Positions 38,043-47,300 of a DNA stretch of 64,000 bases are shown here, in pieces. Position numbers and translations under genes: made by a program. Source of the DNA: Amoebophrya sp. A120. Taxonomy: Eukaryota; Protista; Dinoflagellata. The stretch lies in contig CAJINV010000001.1 in the NCBI GenBank assembly GCA_905178155.1, forward strand, positions 15,996,142 through 16,060,141, written 5' to 3'. The stretch's first letter is position 1. Each line of letters begins with the position of its first letter. The notes beneath the pieces are model-generated. The model saw only the letters and a list, made by a program, of their open reading frames with translations, searched no databases and was not told where the DNA came from.

Positions 38043-38399
38043 TCCTGGATAAACGCAGGCGCGGGCCCCTCTATTTATACACTGTGTTCACATCAACACA
38101 CTCGCTCTCGATCAACAATCGCGTGGGCTACACTAGCTGCTTCCCGGAGTAGATTGATTAAGTTCAAGCTCAGTAAAAATCCTACAGTGAACTGCCTTCA
38201 TATTTCGGCGGCCTTTGTCTCACATTGTTTACCAAATCTTCAAAACGATTAAGAAGTACTTTTACTCAGTCCAACTGAGAGGACTCCTCTACTTCTAGCT
38301 TGAGGTTGCGTATTGAGCACGACTGACGAGTGAACCTAAGCCCTGCAGCACAACCACAAGCGTCATTAATTAAAGTACTCGTCGTGAGCAGCAGCTTTT

Positions 38400-41300
38400 G
38401 CTTTATTTATAGTCTGGCTGATATTGTCGTATACTGGATCCCCAAAAAAATGTGTTGACAACAGGCTCTGCGTAATTTCCTGAAATGAGTGAATCGTGAA
38501 ACAAATGTTTCTGTGCCTCGGACAGCACATGCCATTGCTTGCTGGTGCGTATGTAAATTTTATGACCTTGCTGTGTCCGAGTTCTTACTTTTATTTGATT
38601 GACGCTGAAAAAAAATCTATGCAATCGTGGTCCTGCTCCTCTGCAGCTCGGAGAAGAGATCCTTGGCGTAAAAGTGCCTCGTGTCCGGGGAGAACCTGTG
38701 CCGTGTGAGCAAGAGAATGTTCCGCAGTATCAACTGCAAATATGTCTGGGTGGCCTGGAATTAGAATTTTTCCAAGCTCTACAAAGTATGTCTGCAGTGC
38801 GTGGCTTAGCATCAGAAGTTGTTCTGCAGCCCCTTGGTACTGCCTCTTCTACGTGAAAAATCTGACTTCAGGAGAATGGCCAGAAATACTTACGCATCTT
38901 TTGCAAGTCAGGCAAGACAGATTTTTGTGTGAGATCCCGCAACACGCATCGGGACAACGCGCTCTTTGCTGAAAGAACCCTGACATATTTTTTGCAATGC
39001 ATACGCAGGCACTTCTATCCAAGAAAAAAGTCATGTAGGTGTCTTCGGGAAACAGCATGCATGCCGAAATGGTTCAGCATGGCAGAAAAATCCTGTCATC
39101 CACAGCCAGTACGTGGAAACACGTATAAAAAGAGGACACTCGGGCCGGCTGCGGCCAGCATGACAAGTGATAATTGCGTTACATATTTACGGCGCATTAC
39201 AGACTTTACTTTCACAGTTTTTTCTTGCATAACTTCTTGCAGTTGCGCGCCTTCAACCGCGAGCACTCCGGGCAGTATCGAATGCGAATATATCTGGTCT
39301 GGAAGGATGCAGTTTGTCGTGGTAAATTTGGATCGTGCAAAAATGTGTGATGCGTGATCGCCGAAGCTTGTCAACTCTTGAACAAGTTTACAGGCAGTTT
39401 TTCACACAGGAGAAGCATGATAGAGGGCTCACGGAATCTGTCTTGCTAGGTCCTGTACACCTGACGTCGCGCTCGCGCGTCATGGAAAATCTGCTGCATG
39501 ATAAGTCTTGCAATTATCTTTCAGACCGAAACATATTTGCGGTTGATATCCAGGCGGGCCACGCAATACCTCGGTCGAAGCAGTGGGCGTGCGCTACGTA
39601 GACCACAGTCGTGACTACGGTGGGAATTCCAATATGCATTGCAAGGGCCTGGAAGATAGAATGCAAACTTAACTACTTCTGATGCGGATTCTCACAGGAG
39701 GGGAAATAAAAAGTAAATCTGTGTTTTGTACACAGTTAGCAAAAGATGGGCGATCTTTGTCTTCTGATGCAGACTAGACATGCTCTGCAGAATTTGTCAT
39801 GCTCTCGGCGCTTTGCAGACCTTCGCGCAAACGCAAAAACTGCATGGCAAGTGTCTAGCTTCCTGCCAGACCCAAACGTTTTTGAGTTTGATATCCAAAT
39901 GCGTACAGCAATCGGCGCCACCTTTGTCGCGTTTGGTCGTCTCCGTACTTTTGAAGCACGTGGGGATCTCCGAAAGCCACCCGGAAGGCCTGCACCAAAA
40001 ACTCGATACTCATCACGAAAACCAGAAAAATGTCCTCCGATTGCAAGTTGCTCTCGCGACGAATCATCCGCATCAATCGTGCCAAGGTCATCACGCAGGC
40101 CCGGACACGTCCGTCTGCGCTGGGACTCAGATCTGTTTGAATATGTTACATCAAGCGAAGCCTTTGGTGGAAACATTGGTTCATCCGCGATACTAGAGTA
40201 TAACTGTACGCACGAAAAGCGGGAGGTAGTAAAGTAAAAGCACGAAGTGCGCATTTCGGAAATGCGAGCGTGCGAGAGAGAAAAGAAGAACTCGAAAACA
40301 TTTAGGTTCGAGCCTAGTCCTGCCCAAGGACAACTACGAAGACACAAATTTATGAAAATGAACGGGAAGTGAAACGAAAGTAAACACAAGTCTTCTGTAC
40401 GGAAAGGGTTCGGCTTCGTGGAAAACGCGATGCCGACTGCGGAGCACCACAAGGGCCAGGAGGTGATATGAAACATATTCCACTCCGTTATGAAGTGTTT
40501 GCTTGGAAAAGGCGTCCGAAGATATGGCTGCACCCACTCAGGTACCCCCGGCTTTCGACTGTCGTGGGATGAGAAAGAAGAAGTACCACTTTTTGAAAAT
40601 GATCCAGCAACCTCGTGCAACTCTTCCCGTCGGAGCCCCGCCCGCAAGAGTATCAAAGTGAAAAAAGCCCCCACCCCCTATCGAAACGGAAGATCCGCGA
40701 ATTTGTGATGCTGTATTTAAGGCGTGAGGCGTAACATGATCGCACTCGGAGGAGGTGGAACAGTCAGCAGCCCGAACTCATCGGTTTTGCCAGGTCCACA
40801 ACACCCTGGGGGTGAAATACGGGGGTGGCTCCGCGTGGCAGCGATCTAGGATGCTGTATTTGAGTACACAAATCGACTTGTATTGCTAGAAGGCCAAGAG
40901 ACGAAGCTGCGGCCTAACTTGCAGGTAATCCGTCATGGTGTTTCCCGCTTCGAGTTGCCTCCTGTCATCCTGGAGCTGCAAGGCTTTCCCACGCTACACA
41001 GAACTACAGTCCGCATCTTTTGCCCTCTAGCATCACAAAGCTGACTTGTGGCCACAAATCTGCATCACAGATTTCCGTTTTGATATGGGGAGGGGGCATT
41101 TTTCATTGTAATAACGAGCGGCATACTCCTACTGCGTTTGACATAGGGGACGGCATTGCCGTGGAGTAAGGTGGAAGAGAGCTTGTCCTTCATCTGTTCC
41201 AAAGCCGAACCTCCGGGCTTCCTCCCCCGCGGAGTACCGATGCCGCCGGGCTCGCCCCGAATCGCGTTCGCGGCAGCGGCTTTTTTTTGTTCCTGCTTGT

Positions 41301-44300
41301 TTTCGACATCTTCGTCCTGCGGCGAAGATTTTTTTCGCAGGCTGAGGAGGGACCCAGTCTCCGCGGGTTTCAGCTGCAAAGACGAAGATGCTATGAATGC
41401 ATTTTCGTCCTGGAGGAGGGCCGGAAGGTCATACTCCATCATCGGCATGGAGGTTGTCGCAGAAAAATCGACACTCGCCGTCCCATATGGATTGCAAATA
41501 TGTCTAGGTCTGGAAGGTTGGAACTTGTAATGCTAGCTTTTCATACCTAGGAAATCTGTATTGCACAACCACCAAAAGGCGCAGCCTCTTTTGTACATGC
41601 AAACACGCAGTCTCTCATGCGGATTGCCTATGAGAAAGCGTGCTGGAAAGTTGTCATGTTTTCATCTTGCATATTTTAGCATCGCAAGTTTCCAGACCCA
41701 GACATTTTTACAATTCATATCCCAAGTAGCGCACTGTCGTCGAGCGCTTCCGGAATCATGGCGGCGGAACCACTTCGATCCGGATCTGGCACGACCTTGC
41801 TGTAGTTGTTTGCCGTAGTTGCACTATTACCCACCCCGAACCATCGCTGCAGGAACGACCCGCGCTTCTTCTTACTGCTGGCTGTTGCTGGGCCAGGAGG
41901 ATTCGAGGCGGTTGTACTCGTGCTCGAAGTAGCAGAAGGCGTGAAAAGAAGGGTTGCTGAAGTATTTGCGACCGGCATTTTTGACGCACTCCCTTGATCG
42001 TCCCCAGAAGTAGTCATTCCCGGCACCTCTGCGGACTGCTGGTCCGCAGCTGCACGTCGCGCATCTCCTCCTGCCACAGAAACGATTGGTTTATCTTTCA
42101 CAGCAGGCAGCAACCTCGCCCCCGCGACCTTTGCCTTAGCCGCCGAGGCCGCGTTGCGCCACGCTTCCTTCGCGGCCGCGATTTTGGTATCCGAGGCGCG
42201 GATAAAAAACCGGTCCCAAGTCGCCTCCTCCAAACCCCCATCCGACGCACAGACGATGTACCGGCGGCACAAGAACCATTTCTGGTTCCAGTCCTCCACA
42301 AGCTGCTCAATACGAACGCCTTTCCGCTCCCGGACGTCACAGGCGGAACCCGCAAGCATGTTGCTATCGCAGTGGACCAAGAAATGCTCGCAGTGCAACA
42401 CCAAACTATCGTTCTCGACCACGCGCTGCAGGGAGCACTGAGATATCGTTAAGTTTGGATTACGTATTTTTCGTTAATATCAGGTTGGCGATGAATATGA
42501 CAAGCATCGACTGCCACCCAGCTGTAGTTGCGAAGCGATGATAAGGATCCGACAGCAACAACAGCGGCACGAAAGAAGAACAGTGAGCGATGTCGAAGAT
42601 GTCGAAATGTGCATAAATATATATCATGAAAATCGCCTAAGTACTCGCTTATCCTTGCTCCACTTGGACCAGAAAAGCGTCCGCCCGCTGGTGCTGCTGT
42701 AAGCTGTGAGCCGACATGAACTGCAAACATGTTGTATCGGTCAACAAGAGGACTGAGCTTTTTCTTCTGTCCCGCGCGTTTTGCATGACCTATCATGTCT
42801 GTCCCTGTGGTGTAAGTATGCCTTATGCTGCTCGTGCAGTAGAGAACCGAAATGCAGCACCACAAGTTCCATCCTTCCAGACCACCCAGACAACATATTT
42901 GCAATGCATAGCCGGCGGTCGTGCATGCACACTCGCAGATCATCCAGGGTGATGGCTTGTTGATCGACAAAGGAGCTCTCGAGCACCATGGCCTTGGCAT
43001 GGAAGCTCACTTTGCAAGTTTCGACTCCGCTGCTATTCTTCTTGAGCAACTTTTTATTCACGAGCGGCAGTAGCTGTCGCACCCGCGGCAAGCCCCGGTT
43101 GCTATACTCGACCCAAGTTCCGGCGAAGTCTGGGAGGTTCGGCGCCGGTGGCAAATTCCGGTGGCTGTGTGGCAGTTCCATGAGAAACCGCACGCTCTCC
43201 AACGAACGCCGCAAGGCCGCCGTGGTATTGTATCGCTCGGGGTTCTATGCATTGCCGATTGATATGTCTAGATCTGGAGGAAGGATGCAGCTTGCCGTGC
43301 AAAGTCTCGATGGCAGAAGCATCGCGACTCTGTGTTCCATGAACCACAACACTGCCCACTTCTTGCTTGGAATCAAGTACTAGCAGTAATAGGAACCATT
43401 TAACTCCTGGTGGCGGGTTGGCGTTAGAACAGCTCTACGTACTGGTCTCTGCCGATCTTACCGCTAACCCTCGGCGGATAACTTGATCCACTTTCTACAG
43501 GTACAACAGCTCCACGACAGCAGAAAAGTCGCTGCTCCTGCTTCTTTATTGCGCGAGAGGCGTCTACATCTTCGGGAAGGCCTCGGCAAAAAATCTGTGA
43601 TGCTTTTGCTTTTCTGTGTATTCTAGACCATATGTGTGGTCCTGGTCCGCACGATGCATGCATCATAACAAACTCTTGCACTCTTCCAGCCCCCGACATA
43701 TTTGCACTGGATATGTTCCATTCATCCCTCTCCGTGGGCACCCAAGGCGGCATATTTGCCAAGTTGGAAGGTCGCAATCCCGCCGACCCAAAAACGTCCA
43801 GTGTTGGAGTTTCGGGACCTCCGGCAGACCCCGGCGAAGTTGGGACTGCACTCGCATCTTTAGGCAATACTTTCGCTTGAGTAGATTGCGCGGAACGCCC
43901 TCCTGCATTCGACACACCGCCTGGCCCTGCGGCGCCACCCTGCACTGCGCTCCCCGTTGCTTCGTCCTCCGACGTGGTATTAGAGACTTCAGATTCGTTT
44001 GACCGCGAATGAGGTGTGCCCACCGCACTGTCACTGCTGTGGGTTTGACTACTTTCATCGAAATGACCGCGAGTATGGAAACTCGGTGAGCCAATTTTCG
44101 TCTTCTTTTGTGCCGCATATTGCACAGAAAAATTCCCCCGCCCCCGTGAAAAGGTCGTGTACTGCCACTGCTACAAGACAAAGCTGATTTGTGTACGGAA
44201 TAAATCGTGCATCTTCACAGATTTCCATTGGAAAATGGGGATGTTGGGGGATTTTTCATCTTGGTACCGCAGAAAGAGACCACTTACGCCACGATCGTCG

Positions 44301-47300
44301 AAAGAAGGAGAACGTGTTTCGACGCGGACCCTCTCTCTGCTGTCTGTTCTTCCTTCGTCCCGGCGGCGACTGTATCGTAAAGAAAAATCTCCCCTCCCCA
44401 TAGTGAAATCGCATCCGTCTGAAAATTTGTGATGCACATTTGTGACCTCAAATCTTGTTTGTCTTGCAAGAAGGCAAGTCCAGAGAGCCCCCTGCATTTT
44501 GCAGGCGGTTTGTGATGCTGTTGGGCTTAGAGCATACACGTTTGTCATGCTAGGCGCCTACGTCAAAACCTCTCGACCGAGGCTTGACATATGCCTGCAG
44601 TCCTCTACTGCAAGACAAATCTGATTTGTGTACTCAAATACAGCATCACAAATTTCGTTTTCGATATGGGGCGGGGGGATTTTTCCTTCTGATAGACTGG
44701 GCGCGGATCTCTTTTATCAGGGCGAGACCATCGACCAAGGATTTCCGAGCTTCCTTGTCGCGCAGTGCAGGCACCAGAGTTTGACGGGCGTGCAGGCGGA
44801 GCGCCTCGCTGTCGATTTCCTTGCGCATTTCAATCTTCACCGTGGAAGACGCCGCGCGGCCCCTGGAAGACGAGGTACCAAAAGGGCGAGACCCCTCGAC
44901 ACTATCGTGCAAAGTGTCCGAGCAGGCGAGTTTCGAATAGTCCGGTGTCGGGGTCGCCTCGTCGAGCCTCGCATCCGCAGCGCGACGGTACAGCCGGTAA
45001 GCCTGAGCCCCCGCTTCTTGTCCAGTTGAAATAAATGCCCCAACACCAGAAGACCGAACAACAGATTGCAATTGGGTTGCAGTAGACTTTATCTATTTCT
45101 ATACCGAAAAAGAAGAAGAAAATGCTTGTATTGCATGAAGGAGGGCGACGCATTTTGTTTCAGCCAACTGCGCGGCTGATAGACAAGGCTTATACTGTGG
45201 CGCTGCGCAATACAGACTTTCGCTACTGAGCCTTGGACATTTGTCATGCTAATACATGCAGGAAGCTAAATGTTGCAATCGGTAATTTAGCAATACCAAC
45301 GCTGCCACATAATTCTGGGGTGGGGGCACTTATCAATACGATACTTTTGGTCCGTCCACCACCTGGACCCACCGGCACAGCAGTGGCGACCCATTTTGTT
45401 CCAACGCCGCGTCCTCGTCGTCCAAAGGCATCAAAAAGTGAACGATATTGAGCGTGCGCCCGTTAAAGGCCGCGAGGCCGCGAAAGAAAGAGCACTTCCG
45501 GTCTATCCTAAGGAAAAATCCCCGCTCCCCATATCGAAACAGCACGCATCACAATAAAATTTGCAATGTCGATCTGTCGACACACATCGTCTCTGTCTTG
45601 CAAGAACGCATTACACACACCCCACTGGCCCAGTTGCATTTTGCCGGCAGTATGGTACGTGTAGTTGCTTTTGGGCGGCCTACAGTGTGAACATTTGTCA
45701 CACTAGGCGCGCACGTCGCTAGAGCATCTGTCGCCGGCTTGGTAGAATATGCCTGCAGTCCTCTACTGCAAGACAAACTTGATCTGTGTGTACGCAGATT
45801 CAGCATTAGGAGATTCGTTTTAAAAAAATGGTTTTTTTTTGATACGGTCTCGTGTCCAGTATCCCCACCCGGACATCCGTCCCGGGCTGCACCGCGTATG
45901 CTGCCACTCCCAGTTGTTGCGGTTCACGAAGACACTGCTGGACGACTGCGGGCGGCCGTCGCGCGACTGGTTCCAAGACTCCATGGAGAGACAGTCGTAT
46001 GCAAGAAAAAAACTGTGTAAGTAAGTGGAGATTTGTGTTGCAGAACATGCAACAGAGTCACGCCTGTCATGCCAGACAGCCATGAAGTCCTCTTTTCATG
46101 TGTGTTTTCCCTTACAAGCCACGCATCACCACAGGTTTTCTCTGTCATGTAGAGCAAATTTGTGATGCTTTTTTTTTTTTATATAGCGGCAGTTTGTTCT
46201 GGGAACTGGAACTGGAACTGGAGGCGCCCCCCGAGCGGAATACTTCTGGTGGTAGACGTGGCTCAAGGATTTGCGGCTTCGCGCCGCGACAACCAAATGG
46301 GGGTCTCTTCCCCCCCCTCCGCTTTTGGCTACCAAATATAGCCGCCGCGGCGGAGGTAGTGAGGTCGGTGGCGCTTTCTTGCCCCCACCTTGGCCGCGGG
46401 CCGGAACGGCGCCTGCTTTTTATGGGCCCTCCGTGCCGCCGTGGGTAAGGTTATGCCGCACGGTATGGCGGCCGGTTGAAAAACATAGCAGATTTTTGGC
46501 AAATTTCCGGAATTCCCTTAAGAAAGCTAGCCCCGACGCTATGGGCCCGATTCTGGCGCCACGGAGGGCGCCCAAAAACCAAAGAAAAATCGGGCCCATA
46601 GCATGCGGCTTGGCTTCGCGCGTCCGGCGCGCTTTTTCTTTTTTGCGTTTTTATTTTTCGCGCCGGCGCTTTTTGCAAAGCTTCTCCCGCTTAGAAACGG
46701 GCGAAAAGGCGGCCGCTTTCGCGGCCGCCCAAAATGCTCCGAAATCGCGGCCGTGTCATGGGGTTTCGCTGTTCTGATTTTGGGCGCGCTTTTTTCGCAC
46801 GCCCTTTTGGGCGCCCCAAATCGCCAGAAACCAAGGCGGTGGGCGCCTCAAAAGGGCGCCCCTTTTGCCGGCGCCCCTGCGTCGTTTTATCAAGCGGCGA
46901 CCGATAGTTTCCGCAGGCGATTCGTTGATAACAAAGCCAAACAGGCTTGCACGCTGCGAGCTTTTTCAGGCAAAAAAACTCTCTATAGGCTTCAAAACTG
47001 CCGGCCGTTTTTGGCGGTTCCTGTCAAGAAAGCTGCCAGGTTAGAACCGTTCGGTGACCTCACTACATACAACTAACCTTACGATGAATCTCATTCCTAG
47101 TTTTCATTTTGACCTTAATGCTGCCGCGGTGCTCACGTCGACCGATATGCAAACAGGTGCCGAGGCCTGTTTGCATGCAATCTAGTGAAGGTTTGTTGGG
47201 CGTTCCCGTCTGCCTTACCACGTCGCCCGGGCTTGCAGGGGTTGGGATTTTCCTGCCGGATGTTCATGGACATCTACGGGGCTAGTCATGATCCCGCTCC

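Larger units (their letters stand above)
32865..38132. mobile_element. Non-coding LTR-like composite element with internal cassette array
   Basis: Ends TGCAGC...GCTACA, flanked by ctcgc/ctagc. 32865-33088 matches 36694-36949 and 33104-33180 matches 38055-38131. Purine tract ggagaagggcgga at 36679-36691. No gag/pol ORF. Confidence 0.6.

Noticed and set aside
38100-38137. Helitron 3' end (CTAG)
   Set aside because: No subterminal hairpin or A|T target; the TG...CA plus 5-bp TSD reading fits better.
39230-39560. RPA70-like zinc finger (WPACPEC...CKK) after splicing
   Set aside because: The frame is ambiguous and the context is hydrophobic; no OB-fold motifs.
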